DNA of 64,000 nucleotides from Candidatus Lustribacter sp. (GCA_965277805.1 OZ255842.1:1120001-1184000), one strand, 5' to 3'. Counted from the stretch's first letter, positions 1 through 10,312 are shown. The notes: generated by a model not told the origin, from the sequence alone. Translations and numbers: made by a program.

Positions 1-2211
1 GCGGTGGTGGTCAAACCGGTCGGCGACTTCTCGATCTACACGCTGCAAATCGGCACGGCCGATAGCACGCCTGCGGGCTTCGATCCGATGCTGTGCAGCG
101 CGCAATTCATCTTCCATGTCGAGTGCGCGAAGCGTTTCGATTGCAAGATCACGCCCGTCTGTCCGCCCGAGGTGGTGCCGGCGCCGCCGATCGATTACCT
201 GGCGAAAGATTATCCGGCCTTCGTCGGCGTCATGCTCGACCGCTTGTCGCTGCTCGCACCGGCCTGGATGGAACGCAACGCCGCGGATCTCGGCGTGGCC
301 GTGGTCGAGGTGCTGGCCTACGTGGCCGATCAGCTCAGCTACCGTCACGACGTCGTCGGTACCGAAGCCTACCTTCCGACGGCGCGCTTGCGCACGTCGG
401 TGCGCCGGCATGCGCGTCTCGTTGACTACCGCATCAACGACGGTTCCAACGCGCGCGCGTGGCTCGCGCTCACGCTCGACAACGATCTCGTCACCGGTGT
501 GCCGGCCGGCACGCGCTGCTGCACGGGATTCGACGGCGCGAGCGCACCCGATCTCTTCGCGACCACGGCGAGCTACGTTGCCGCTATAAATGCCGGCGCG
601 CAGTTCTTCGAAGTGCTGGCCGATACGTATTCGGCGAGTGCACCGCCGCAGCCGGCGCCCCGCGCGCTCTATGCCGGCAACAATCTGATGCCGCTCTATA
701 GCTGGAGCGCGCATGAAGTGTGCCTGCCACCCGGAACGACGGCCGCGACGCTCGACGGATCTTTCGATCTCAAGCGTGGCGACATCGTCCTGTTCGCGGA
801 GGTGCTGGGTCCGGTCACCGGTGTGGCGGCCGACGCGAATCCCGCCAACCGCTGCGTCGCGCGGCTGATCGCCGATGCCGAACACGGCTACGATCCGCTC
901 TACGGCACCGCCCGGCCGATCACGCGCATCACGTGGCATGCCGACGACGCGCTGCCGTTTCCGTTCTGCGTGTCGGCGCGAACGGAGGGCGGCGCGTTCA
1001 TCACCGGCGTGAGCGCCGCCTACGGCAACGTCATCCTGGCCGATCACGGCCGCACGCTCGGAGCCCCGCTTGAAACGATGCCGGAAGTCCTGCTGCCTGC
1101 GCCGGCCGACGCGCGCTTCCGGCCACAGCTCTCGGAGCCCGGGATGACGTTTGCCGCGGCAAATCCGGCCGTCACCGCAAGCGCAAGCGCGCTGCCGTCG
1201 GCGGCCGCGTTCGGCACGTGGACGCCGGCCGATACGCTGCCGCAAGTCACGGTCGAAAGCACCGATGCCGATCACAACACGTTCACCTGGTCGGCGGCCG
1301 GGGATCTGCTGGACGCCGTTCCGGCGACGCACGCGTTCGTCACCGAGGTCGAAAACGACGGCAGCGCCTTCTTGCGCTTTGGCGACGGCACGAATGGTGC
1401 TGCGCCGACCGGTGAGATGACGTTTTCCGCACGCTACCGCATCGGTAACGGAACGAGCGGCAACGTCGGGCGCGACACGATCGTGCTGATCGATCGCAGC
1501 TTCCCCGGCGGCGGGTTCGTCGCCGCGGTCACCAATCCGCTGCCCGCCGCCGGCGGCGCCGATCCCGAAACGAACGAACACGTGCGGCAAAACGCACCGG
1601 ACGCGTTTCGCACGCAGCAGCGCTGCGTGACGGCAGCCGACTACGCGGCGCAAGCGATGAAGATGCCGGGCGTGACGCGCGCGGCCGGGACGTTTCGCTG
1701 GACCGGCAGCTGGCAGACGATGTTCGTGACGATCGAGCGCGATCAGAACCTGCCGCTCGATGCGAACTTCAAGAACGAAGTCGAGGCGTATCTCGACGTC
1801 TACCGCATGGCGGGCGTCGATCTCGAGGTCGAGGACGCCGTGCGCGTGCCCCTGCACGTCGCGTTGCACGTATGCGTGCAGCCCGGCTACGTGGCAGCCG
1901 ATGTCGAGGCTGCGCTGCTAACGGTATTCACCAGCGGCGTTCAGCCAAGCGGCGCGCCCGGCATGTTCAACGTGCAGTACTTCACGATGGGTGCGCCCTA
2001 TTATCTGAGCCCACTGGTCGCGGCCGCGCAGAACGTCGACGGCGTCCAAAGCGTGCGCGTCGACGCCTTCGAGCGCGAAGCGCAGCCGGGCGGCGACGGC
2101 GTGAGCACGGGGGTGCTCACGCCCGACCGTTTGGAGTTCTTCGAGCTGGCGAACGATCCGAATTATCCCGAGCGCGGTTACTTCGAGCTCTCGGTGGACG
2201 GCGGCCTATGA
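1..2211 (+). CDS. Putative baseplate assembly protein (baseplate J/Afp11-like), eCIS-type; probably 5'-partial
   Basis: IDYLAKDY...MLDRLS...ERNAADLG...EVLAYVADQLSY...TEAYLPTARLRTSVRRHARLVDY; LRFGDGTNG; YRIGNGTSGNVG; AAGGADPE...QQRCVTAADY. The frame is open from base 1. Confidence 0.88.
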   Translation, partial: AVVVKPVGDFSIYTLQIGTADSTPAGFDPMLCSAQFIFHVECAKRFDCKITPVCPPEVVPAPPIDYLAKDYPAFVGVMLDRLSLLAPAWMERNAADLGVAVVEVLAYVADQLSYRHDVVGTEAYLPTARLRTSVRRHARLVDYRINDGSNARAWLALTLDNDLVTGVPAGTRCCTGFDGASAPDLFATTASYVAAINAGAQFFEVLADTYSASAPPQPAPRALYAGNNLMPLYSWSAHEVCLPPGTTAATLDGSFDLKRGDIVLFAEVLGPVTGVAADANPANRCVARLIADAEHGYDPLYGTARPITRITWHADDALPFPFCVSARTEGGAFITGVSAAYGNVILADHGRTLGAPLETMPEVLLPAPADARFRPQLSEPGMTFAAANPAVTASASALPSAAAFGTWTPADTLPQVTVESTDADHNTFTWSAAGDLLDAVPATHAFVTEVENDGSAFLRFGDGTNGAAPTGEMTFSARYRIGNGTSGNVGRDTIVLIDRSFPGGGFVAAVTNPLPAAGGADPETNEHVRQNAPDAFRTQQRCVTAADYAAQAMKMPGVTRAAGTFRWTGSWQTMFVTIERDQNLPLDANFKNEVEAYLDVYRMAGVDLEVEDAVRVPLHVALHVCVQPGYVAADVEAALLTVFTSGVQPSGAPGMFNVQYFTMGAPYYLSPLVAAAQNVDGVQSVRVDAFEREAQPGGDGVSTGVLTPDRLEFFELANDPNYPERGYFELSVDGGL

Positions 2212-5015
2212 ACGATACGGCACCCTGCGGCTGCTGCGAGGGGATCTCGATGCAGACGCCGGCGGTCATCGGCAACCGGCCGGGATTGACGCAGATCGCG
2301 TACCGCGCCGGAACGTGGTCGCAGTTCAAATCGAGCATGCTCGACGCGCTTTCGAAATACGCGCAGCTGGCCGGCTTGCGCACGCGCGACGACGACGACT
2401 TCACGATCGCGTTGTGCGATGCGTTCGCGGTCGTCTGCGATATCTTGACGTTTTATTACGAGCGCAGCGCCAACGAGCACTACTTGCGCACGGCGACGGA
2501 GCAGCTGTCGGTGACGGAACTGGCGGCGTTGATCGGCTATCAGCCCGCACCCGGCGTGGCCGCGAGCGCGGCGCTCGCGTTCATCCTCGAAGCGCAGCCG
2601 CCCGTGGTGCCGCAGAAGACACCGGCTCCGCAGCCGGCGCTGGTGCCCTCCGTGGTCACGCTTGCGAGCGGACTGCAAGTGCAGAGCGTGCCCGGACCGG
2701 GCCAGCAGCCGGTGACGTTTGAAACCGTCGCGCCGATCACGGCCCGCTACGATTGGAATGCGCTCACGCCGCAGCAGTCGGTGCCGTATGCGGCCGATCC
2801 GGCGAATTGCTATCCCGCCTATCTGCGGCTGACCGGACTGCTCGGCACGATTCAAGTCGGCGACTACATGCTGATCGTGGTTACGGCGGGCGGTACGGTG
2901 TCGACCGGACTCAATCGCGTCGCCGGCGTTACGCCCGACAGCACCTCGCAAACCACGCTGGTCAGGTTCGAGACGACAGCCTCGACCATCGCTGCGCCGC
3001 TCCTCGCGACTGCGCCCCATGCCGCGACGGCGCCGTTGAGCGGAACGTTGACCGCCGCGTCGCTCGGGCCGCAGGTGCTCGACGTCGAGTGGGCCGATCA
3101 GGGCGCGTTCGTCGCCCAAGCGCAGAAGTTGCAATGGGACGTCGATCTGTTGCAAGACGTCATCGATGGGCTCACGTCGAGCGCCGCGGCACCGCCGATC
3201 CAAGTCGTTCGCCTCGGCGTGCGCGCGTCGATCTTCGGGCACAACGCGCCTGCGTACGCCACGCTGCCGTCGTACACGCTTTTGAGTAAGCAATCGTTCC
3301 CGGCCGACTGGGAGAACGAAACGGTCGCGCAGTTGAGCGAAGACCTTTCGCCGAGCCCGCTGCTGAAATTCGAGCGCGCCGACGTGCACGCCGGCGCCGG
3401 TGGCGCGGGCCCGAGTATCGAGAAGACCGCGGTCGCAACGCCGCTCGCTGCTTCCGCGAACAACGTCTTCCTGGATGCGACGTATGCGGCGCTCGTCGCC
3501 GGCACGTGGGTCGTGCTGCTGCAAACCGGCACGCCGTTTCTCTCCGCCACGGTGACGTCGGCCGCCACGACGAGCGTCGCGCGTTTTCTGCTCTCTGCCA
3601 CCGTGTCGGTTCTGACGCTTGCCGGCAGCCCGGATCTGAGCTCGTATCTGATGCGAACGACCGCCGTCTTCGGGCAGACCGACGTCTTCACACCGGCGCA
3701 AGAATTTCTCAGCGGCACCACGATCGGCGGATCCGTGATCACGCTCGATTCGGCGCAGCTCTGGCTGCAGGTGGGCCAAGACGTGATCGTCAGCGGAACT
3801 TCCGCCACGAAAACCGGCCAGACCAGCACCGAGCAGAACACGATCTACGCGCTCGGCTTGGTCAACGGGTGCACGCAGATCACGCTTGCGTCCGCCCTCC
3901 AAGACACTTACGTGTGGAACACGGTCACGATCAACGCGAACGTGGCGCCGGCGACGCACGGGGCGAGCAAGAGCCAGATTCTCGGCAGCGGCGACGGCAC
4001 GCAAGCCTTCCAGCGCTTTGCCCTCAATCAGTTGCCGGTGACCTACGTGAGCGCGAATACGCCGACGACGACCGCTTCGACGCTCGCGGTGCGAGTGAAC
4101 GGCGCGCTTTGGACCGAAGTGCCGTACTTCTCGGGCAGCTTGCCGACGGATCGCGTCTTCGTGACGAACCTCGACACCAACGGCAACCGCTACGTGCAGT
4201 TCGGTGACGGCGTGCAGGGCGCGCGTTTGCCGACCGGCCAGAATAACGTCGTCGCGACGTACCGTCAGGGACTGGGCAGCGCGGGCAACGTCGCGCCCAA
4301 CCAGCTCAGTACGCTCTTGACGCGACCGCTCGGCCTGCGCAGCGTGCTCAATCCTCTGGCAGCGAACGGTGGCGGTGACTCGCAAACATTGGCCGACGCG
4401 CGCAGTTCGGCGCCGATCACGGTACGCGCCCTCGGTCGCATCGTCTCGCTCGACGACTTCGCCGATTTCACGAGCGCGACGGCCGCGGTCGCGAAGGCAA
4501 GCGCCGTCTGGGCGTGGGACGGCGCGCGCCAAGTCGTGTGCATCACCGTGGCCGGCCCCGGCGGCGTTGCGCTCGTGCCCGGGTCGCAAGCGTACAAAAA
4601 TCTGCTCGCCGCAATCATGGCGGCCGGCGACGGCACTGTTCCGGTGATGCTCGCCTCGTACACGCCGCGTACGTTCACCGTCGGCGCGACGCTGACCATC
4701 GATCCGGCGCTCGACCCCGATGCCGTCACTGCAGCTGCGAAGCAAGCACTGCAAGCGGCCTTTGCGTTCGGCGTACGCGCGTTCATGCAGCCGGTCTATC
4801 AAAGCGAAATCGTTGCGGTGTTGCAAGCGGTGACGGGCGTCGTGTCGCTCACGATCGATTCGTTCGCCTTCAGCGACGGTTCGGGGGTGGAATACGACGG
4901 CTCGGCGCAACAGGCGCTCGTTGCCGGCCCGCCGGTTATCGTCGCCGGCGCGCTCACCGGCGCGGAACTACTCACGATCGACGGCGGACCGCTGCCCAAC
5001 GTGGTGCACGCATGA
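2208..5015 (+). CDS. Second putative baseplate assembly protein (baseplate J-like)
   Basis: ATGA overlap with the upstream stop. MNDTAPCGCCEG...NRPGL...DDFTIALCDAFAVVCDILTFYYERSANEHYLRTATE; VQFGDGVQGARLPTG; YRQGLGSAGNV; RIVSLDDF. Confidence 0.88.
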   Translation: MNDTAPCGCCEGISMQTPAVIGNRPGLTQIAYRAGTWSQFKSSMLDALSKYAQLAGLRTRDDDDFTIALCDAFAVVCDILTFYYERSANEHYLRTATEQLSVTELAALIGYQPAPGVAASAALAFILEAQPPVVPQKTPAPQPALVPSVVTLASGLQVQSVPGPGQQPVTFETVAPITARYDWNALTPQQSVPYAADPANCYPAYLRLTGLLGTIQVGDYMLIVVTAGGTVSTGLNRVAGVTPDSTSQTTLVRFETTASTIAAPLLATAPHAATAPLSGTLTAASLGPQVLDVEWADQGAFVAQAQKLQWDVDLLQDVIDGLTSSAAAPPIQVVRLGVRASIFGHNAPAYATLPSYTLLSKQSFPADWENETVAQLSEDLSPSPLLKFERADVHAGAGGAGPSIEKTAVATPLAASANNVFLDATYAALVAGTWVVLLQTGTPFLSATVTSAATTSVARFLLSATVSVLTLAGSPDLSSYLMRTTAVFGQTDVFTPAQEFLSGTTIGGSVITLDSAQLWLQVGQDVIVSGTSATKTGQTSTEQNTIYALGLVNGCTQITLASALQDTYVWNTVTINANVAPATHGASKSQILGSGDGTQAFQRFALNQLPVTYVSANTPTTTASTLAVRVNGALWTEVPYFSGSLPTDRVFVTNLDTNGNRYVQFGDGVQGARLPTGQNNVVATYRQGLGSAGNVAPNQLSTLLTRPLGLRSVLNPLAANGGGDSQTLADARSSAPITVRALGRIVSLDDFADFTSATAAVAKASAVWAWDGARQVVCITVAGPGGVALVPGSQAYKNLLAAIMAAGDGTVPVMLASYTPRTFTVGATLTIDPALDPDAVTAAAKQALQAAFAFGVRAFMQPVYQSEIVAVLQAVTGVVSLTIDSFAFSDGSGVEYDGSAQQALVAGPPVIVAGALTGAELLTIDGGPLPNVVHA

Positions 5016-7216
5016 AAACATTCGATGCGGACATCATCTATCAGCTGCTGCCGCCGGCCGTGCGCATGCGCGACGTCACGCCCTCGGGAACGCCGGGGCC
5101 GTTGTATGCGCTGATCGAGGTGATCGCGGCGCAGGCGAACATCGTCGACGACAATCTCTACCAGCTCTACGACGATCTCTTCATCGAAACGTGCGCGCCG
5201 TGGGTGATCCCCTATATCGGCGATCTCATCGGCTACCGGCCGCTACGGGCCATTCCGCCGGACGACGCCACCGCACGTTCGGACGTCGCCGATACGATCG
5301 GGATGCGCCGCCGCAAGGGAACCTTGGTCGCGCTCGATCAGCTCGCGACCGACGTGCTCGGCCGTCCGGCGGTGGCGGTCGAGTTCTTCGAGCGGCTTGC
5401 CGTTTCGCAATACGTGCGCAATCACGTGCGCCCGCAAAACGCGATCGTCGACGTGCACGGTTACCAAACCGCGATCGACATCAACACGGCGTTCGACCTC
5501 GCGCCGCGTTCGGCCGACGTGCGCCGCATTCGATCCGGCGGCGGCCGCTACAACATCCCCAACATCGGGCTGTTCGTCTGGCGCCTCGCGGCTTACGGCG
5601 GGGCCTCGCTCGGACTGGGACCCGTTACCGTGCCGATGACGAACGCGCTGATCGCGAGCACGGCGCGTGAAGTGGGACCCAACCGCTACACCTTCGATCC
5701 GTTCGGTGACGACGTTGCCCTGGTGAATCCACCGCTGACGCCGGCCGAGTTTACGCTGCCGGTCCGGCAGAACGTACCCTATCCGCTACGGCGTTATCCG
5801 CTCTTCGACGAACTTGCGGAACTGCGCGCCGGCACCGTAACGCCGGACGACGCCGCGTATTTCGGGCTGAATCCGGTGTTCGCCGTCTACGACGTAACCG
5901 GTGCCGCGATCGCGCCGCAGCACCTCGCCGTGTGCGACCTCGATGAATGGGCGCCGTCGACGGATGCCGGCGTGTGGGTGACCGTCGATCCCGAGCGGGG
6001 GCGCCTGGTCTGCAATCCCGCGGCGTTCTCCGTGCCGCCGGCACTGCGCGTCGCCTATGCGTATGCGTTCAGCGGCGATTATGGTGCCGGAACGTACGAA
6101 CAGCCGCGCGATGCCGGCGAAGGCGACGCGACCACGCTGGTCGCCGATCTTGCCGCGGCGACGCCGGCGGCATGGGTGGCCGGAATCGTCGAGATCGGCG
6201 ATAGCGGGCTCTACATGGGTGACGTCACGCTGACCCCCGGAGCGCAAGCGCTCATCGTTCGGGCTGAAGACGACGCGCGGCCGGTGATCGCGGGAAACGT
6301 GACGATCGTTGCGGTTCCGGGCGGCAATGTGACGCTGCGCGGCCTCGGCATCGGCGGCACGCTCACGATCGCCGGCGAACCGGCCGTCGCGACGCAGAGC
6401 AGTACCTCGAGCGCGAGTTCGAGCACGTTGGGCGGGACGCCGGCCGATGCGGGCGACCCGTCGTTCACGCTGACGCTCGAGTACTGCACGCTGCGCAGCG
6501 CGCTGCACTGGACCTACGGAGGCGGCGGCAACCTCACGATCGCGTTTTCGCTGTGCGCTCCGTTGCTGGTCGATCCGGCCGTGGTGATAGCGGTGAACGA
6601 CAGCGTCGTCGATGCGGGTTTCCCCGTCGCTACCGGTGCGGGTAGCAGCATCTCGAGCAGTTCCGGTAATGCCGCCGATCCGTTCGCTGCGATCGCCGGT
6701 CCGGACGCAGCGAGCGCCTGCGGCGACCTGACGCTGACGGCATGCACGGTGTTCGGCGACATTTCGGCGCGCGAAACGGTGCTGATCGAGAACAGCATCA
6801 TCACCGGCAACGTCGTCGCCGCGCGCACGCAGTCGGGCTGCATCCGCTACAGTTATCTCACCCCGAACGCGAACGTGCCGCCGCGCTTCCGCTGTCAGCC
6901 CGATCTCGCCATCGCGGCCGCGCTGACCGCGGCGCAAGCTGCCGATCCGGGATTGAACGCTGCCGCGGCGGCAGCGATTACCACCGCGATCGAAGGCTGG
7001 CTCGTGCCCGCGTTCACGAGCCGCCGCAAATCTGATGCCGGCTATGCGCAGCTCGCCGATTCTTGCCCGCTCGAGATTCGCACCGGCGCCGAGAGTGAGG
7101 ATGAGATGGGCGTCTTTCACGCGCTCTATTGGCCGCGCCGCGAAAACAACTTGTACTACCGGTTCGATGAGTATCTGCGCGTCGGTCTGCAGGCGGGAAT
7201 CATCCATGCCAGTTGA
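5012..7216 (+). CDS. Phage tail/baseplate wedge-like protein (P2 gpI-like N-terminus) of the eCIS locus
   Basis: ATGA overlap. IYQLLPPAVRMRD...QLYDDLFIETCAPWVIPYIGDLIG...VADTIGMRRRKGT; VDPERGRL; C-terminal QSGCIRYSY...GAESEDEMGVF...EYLRVG. Confidence 0.8.
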   Translation: MKTFDADIIYQLLPPAVRMRDVTPSGTPGPLYALIEVIAAQANIVDDNLYQLYDDLFIETCAPWVIPYIGDLIGYRPLRAIPPDDATARSDVADTIGMRRRKGTLVALDQLATDVLGRPAVAVEFFERLAVSQYVRNHVRPQNAIVDVHGYQTAIDINTAFDLAPRSADVRRIRSGGGRYNIPNIGLFVWRLAAYGGASLGLGPVTVPMTNALIASTAREVGPNRYTFDPFGDDVALVNPPLTPAEFTLPVRQNVPYPLRRYPLFDELAELRAGTVTPDDAAYFGLNPVFAVYDVTGAAIAPQHLAVCDLDEWAPSTDAGVWVTVDPERGRLVCNPAAFSVPPALRVAYAYAFSGDYGAGTYEQPRDAGEGDATTLVADLAAATPAAWVAGIVEIGDSGLYMGDVTLTPGAQALIVRAEDDARPVIAGNVTIVAVPGGNVTLRGLGIGGTLTIAGEPAVATQSSTSSASSSTLGGTPADAGDPSFTLTLEYCTLRSALHWTYGGGGNLTIAFSLCAPLLVDPAVVIAVNDSVVDAGFPVATGAGSSISSSSGNAADPFAAIAGPDAASACGDLTLTACTVFGDISARETVLIENSIITGNVVAARTQSGCIRYSYLTPNANVPPRFRCQPDLAIAAALTAAQAADPGLNAAAAAAITTAIEGWLVPAFTSRRKSDAGYAQLADSCPLEIRTGAESEDEMGVFHALYWPRRENNLYYRFDEYLRVGLQAGIIHAS

Positions 7217-7240
7217 CGGCGCCGCCCGGGAGCAGGGAAC

Positions 7241-10171
7241 ATGAAGGCCGACTTCAGCCGCGATACGTTTCATCCGTGGCGTCATTACCGGCGCGTGCTC
7301 GGACAACAGGGCCGCGTCGTCATCGACGCCGACCGCAACGAACAGACGTCGATCGACCTCGCGACGATCGAACAGACGACCTACGACGTCATCGGTCCGA
7401 GCGGCGTTCCGGAGACATCGCTCTCCTCGGGTTACGGCGGCGGCTTCCAGATCGGCCTCGCCGCGGGCGGCACCGATCTGACGATCGCGCACGGCCGCAT
7501 CTACGTCGACGGCTTGCTGATCGAGTCCGAGCGCGACACCACGCTCACGACGCAACCGTTCGGGTACGCCGGCACAACCACTGGCGGGGTGTACGGCGTC
7601 TATCTCGACGCGTGGGAGCGGCTCGTGACGCCGGTCGACGATCCGAGCATCGTGGAAACCGCGCTGGGCGGCCCCGACACCGCGTTGCGGTCGCAGATCG
7701 CTTGGCAAGTGAAGCTCGGGGCGATCGATACGACGGAGTTCGGCTCGAACCCATCGTGTGCGGAAATTCTTCCGCCGTGGGGTGAGAGCGGAGCTCAAGG
7801 CACGCTCGCCGCGCAAACCGCCGCCACGGGTGATCCGCTACCGTGCGTGCTGCCGCCGCAGTCGGGATATCAGAGCCTCGAAAACCAGCTCTACCGTGTC
7901 GAGATCCACACGGCCGGCGGATACGGTACGGCGACGTTCAAGTGGTCGCGCGAGAACGGCTCGGTCATTGCGGGCATCGTCGCGGGCGCCACGGGATCGT
8001 CGGCAAGCCCGACGTACGCGGTTCAAACGGTCGGTCGCGATGCGACCCTCGGGTTCGCCGTCAACGACTGGGTGGAGATCCTCGACGACGATAGCGAGTT
8101 CCATGGCGGCACGGGACAGCTCTTGCAATGCGCCAACGTCGACGGCACCGGCATGACGATCACGCTCGACGCGGCGCCGTCGGTCGCGATCGATCCGTCG
8201 AAGCACGCCAAATTCCGGCGCTGGGACCAAACCGTGAATGCCGGCGCAACCGGCGTTCCCATTCCCGACGGGAACTGGATCGCGCTCGAAAACGGCATCC
8301 AGGTGCAATTCTCGGGTGGCCACTTCAACGTCGGTGATTACTGGCTGATCCCGGCGCGCACCGCCACCTCCGCGGACACAATCGGCACGATCGAATGGCG
8401 CACCGACGCATCGACCAACGCGCCGGCGTTCGAGCAGCCGCGTGGCGTCAAGCACTACTACGCGAAGCTCGCGATCGTCGCGTACGACGGCCGGCTCTTC
8501 AGCGCGCCCGCGGGCGCCGCGTCGATCAGCGACTGCCGCTCGTTCTTTCCGCCGCTCACGAGCCTGCAACAGCAAGGAACCGGGCCGTGCACGCTCGTGA
8601 TCGAAGCCGGGAGTGATTGGACCGGTGCGATCGCCGCGCTGTTCGCGAACCAGCCCGCGCTTGATGCGGAGATCTGCTTCGGGACCGGTACGTTCACGAC
8701 GGCCCAACCCGTCGCGATCGCCACGACCGGCAACGTCAAAGTCAGCGGCGCCGGCTGGGGAACGCGCCTCACCGGTCCGTCGCTCGAATCGGTGCTGCAG
8801 TTCTCCGGTTGCGCCGGCGTCGTCGTGCGCGACTTGACCGCGAGCGCCGGCACCGTCAACGGTCCGCCCGACGGAAGCGCAAAAGCATCGAAGATGATTC
8901 ACGGCGCGCTCGATTTCACGAGCTGCGCCGAAGTGCTCGTGGAAAACTGCTCGCTCGCCTGCGGCGGCGGCGTCGCGCCCGGCGCCGCGTGCCTCACGAT
9001 CCGCAGCGATCCGAGCACGAATACGACGACCGGGACGGGCGTCGCGCGCGTGCGTGGATGTACGCTCGCCGTCGGCGAGATGCAATACGGCATGCTGCTC
9101 GTGCACCAGCAGCGCGCCTACGTGGAGAACAATCGCATCGCCGCGCAGCCGTCGGCGAGCGTGGGCTGGGCAACGAAGATCTTGCAGCCTGCTTTTCGCG
9201 ATCAACTCGTCAAGGTGTTCGTCGGCAACGCCGCCCTGTTCGCGCCCAAAGCGAGCTCGTCGTCGAGTGCGAGTTCGTCGTCGTCGGCGCCGGGCGCCGA
9301 GCCGCAGGTCGAGGAGCACGCCGAGCTCGTTCAAGCGAAGCCGATTCTCGCCAAGCTGAACACGACCGTGAGCGTCGCCGGCAAGACGATCCAATTCAAC
9401 TCCCCCACGCAAGTGGGGAACGTGCTCCAAACCTACATCGACGCCAACGGTCCCAAGGAGTTCGCAAACGAGAACGACCTCTACACCTACGTCAAGCAGT
9501 CCGCGCTGAGCCTCGTCACCGACAAGAACCTGCAAGCCAACTACCCCTCGCTCGCGGGTTACCTCAACAGCTTACAGCGCAACGACGTCGTCGTCGGCGC
9601 GCGCGGGATCGCGATCGGCGGACGCGCGATCGCGGAGGTGCGCATCCGCGATAACTCGATCGACCACATGCTGGCGGGCATCGTCGCCGGTGTGAGCCAT
9701 AAGGAGAAGCGGCCGCCGGCGCTGCCCGCCGACACGATGCAGAGCGTTACGATTGCGGGCAACACGATCAATCTCGTGTATCCGGCCGTCATCGCACGCG
9801 GCAGCGGGCGCTGCGGCATCTTCGTCGGCAACGCGGCCGACGTGACGATCGACAACAACCGGGTGGCCGCTTCCGGGCAGCAGCAATACGTGCACGCCGC
9901 AGCTGCGGGTTTAGCGTCGGACGGCATCCGCGTGATGGGTTATCTCGGCAAGAAGATGATCGTGCGGCACAATCACACGAGCGGCTTCACACGCGACATT
10001 TTCGTTTCCGCGCTGCTGCCGACCGGCCCGAAACAACACACGCGGTACTGGTATACGAGCCCGCCGAAAACGGGCACCACGAACGCGAACCTTTGGCTCG
10101 TCGCCGACAACATGTGCGAGAGCAATTCGATCGACGCCCCAGCCTGCATTCTCAGCGACAACTGGCCGTGA
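7241..10171 (+). CDS. DUF6519 domain protein with C-terminal right-handed beta-helix (tail fibre/spike-like)
   Basis: MKADFSRDTF...RVLGQQGRVVIDADRNEQ; VYLDAWERLVT; YQSLENQLYRVEIH; FKWSRENGSV; LENGIQVQF...GDYWLIPARTAT; C-terminal IxxNxI repeats (IRDNSI, IAGNTI, IDNNRV, VRHNHT, VADNM). Confidence 0.82.
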   Translation: MKADFSRDTFHPWRHYRRVLGQQGRVVIDADRNEQTSIDLATIEQTTYDVIGPSGVPETSLSSGYGGGFQIGLAAGGTDLTIAHGRIYVDGLLIESERDTTLTTQPFGYAGTTTGGVYGVYLDAWERLVTPVDDPSIVETALGGPDTALRSQIAWQVKLGAIDTTEFGSNPSCAEILPPWGESGAQGTLAAQTAATGDPLPCVLPPQSGYQSLENQLYRVEIHTAGGYGTATFKWSRENGSVIAGIVAGATGSSASPTYAVQTVGRDATLGFAVNDWVEILDDDSEFHGGTGQLLQCANVDGTGMTITLDAAPSVAIDPSKHAKFRRWDQTVNAGATGVPIPDGNWIALENGIQVQFSGGHFNVGDYWLIPARTATSADTIGTIEWRTDASTNAPAFEQPRGVKHYYAKLAIVAYDGRLFSAPAGAASISDCRSFFPPLTSLQQQGTGPCTLVIEAGSDWTGAIAALFANQPALDAEICFGTGTFTTAQPVAIATTGNVKVSGAGWGTRLTGPSLESVLQFSGCAGVVVRDLTASAGTVNGPPDGSAKASKMIHGALDFTSCAEVLVENCSLACGGGVAPGAACLTIRSDPSTNTTTGTGVARVRGCTLAVGEMQYGMLLVHQQRAYVENNRIAAQPSASVGWATKILQPAFRDQLVKVFVGNAALFAPKASSSSSASSSSSAPGAEPQVEEHAELVQAKPILAKLNTTVSVAGKTIQFNSPTQVGNVLQTYIDANGPKEFANENDLYTYVKQSALSLVTDKNLQANYPSLAGYLNSLQRNDVVVGARGIAIGGRAIAEVRIRDNSIDHMLAGIVAGVSHKEKRPPALPADTMQSVTIAGNTINLVYPAVIARGSGRCGIFVGNAADVTIDNNRVAASGQQQYVHAAAAGLASDGIRVMGYLGKKMIVRHNHTSGFTRDIFVSALLPTGPKQHTRYWYTSPPKTGTTNANLWLVADNMCESNSIDAPACILSDNWP

Positions 10172-10176
10172 GCGTC

Positions 10177-10205
10177 TTGCGTTCCGTGGTAACGGCGCGT
10201 ATACT
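10177..10205 (+). promoter_or_regulatory. Putative sigma70-type promoter
   Basis: TTGCGT (10177-10182), 17-nt spacer, TATACT (10200-10205), in the 157-bp gap after the DUF6519 gene. Confidence 0.55.
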
Positions 10206-10211
10206 TTCCGT

Positions 10212-10312
10212 ACAGCGGAGTTCCAAGGTAGGAGGGTTACCAGGGGGTTCGAATCCCGCGATTCTTCGCTTGCAACCGGGGCGGCGCCATGCGTCGCCTC
10301 CGTTTGTTTTTT
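10212..10312 (+). ncRNA. Candidate ~100-nt structured leader RNA/sRNA
   Basis: Bounded by the putative promoter and terminator. Contains a GGGGGTTCGAATCCC T-loop-like hairpin enclosed by an AGCGGAG/CTTCGCT stem. Confidence 0.35.
10278..10312 (+). terminator. Putative intrinsic terminator
   Basis: GGGGCGGCGC-CAT-GCGTCGCCTC 10-bp stem (2 G-U pairs) followed by CGTTTGTTTTTT. Confidence 0.6.

Noticed and set aside
1872-2207. N-terminal extensions in the ORF track (1872, 4514, 23018, 26501, 35229, 38148, 42298, 55478 starts)
   Set aside because: They overlap neighbouring real genes and translate to Arg-rich nonsense. True starts are at stop/start overlaps or RBS-supported codons.
2178-9535. Long antisense ORFs (2178-4910, 5786-7816, 7838-9535; likewise 23629-25740, 55145-56866 and others)
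   Set aside because: Shadow frames of high-GC coding genes with no recognisable motifs.
1-10171. Prophage tail region
   Set aside because: Duplicated large baseplate J-like genes, DUF6519 and DUF4157 point to an eCIS. No head, lysis or integration genes are in the window (upstream not visible).
10243-10260. tRNA gene suggested by GGTTCGAATCCC
   Set aside because: Only a T-arm-like hairpin. The enclosing domain is ~57 nt with no proper anticodon arm or CCA, so it was kept as a candidate regulatory RNA instead.
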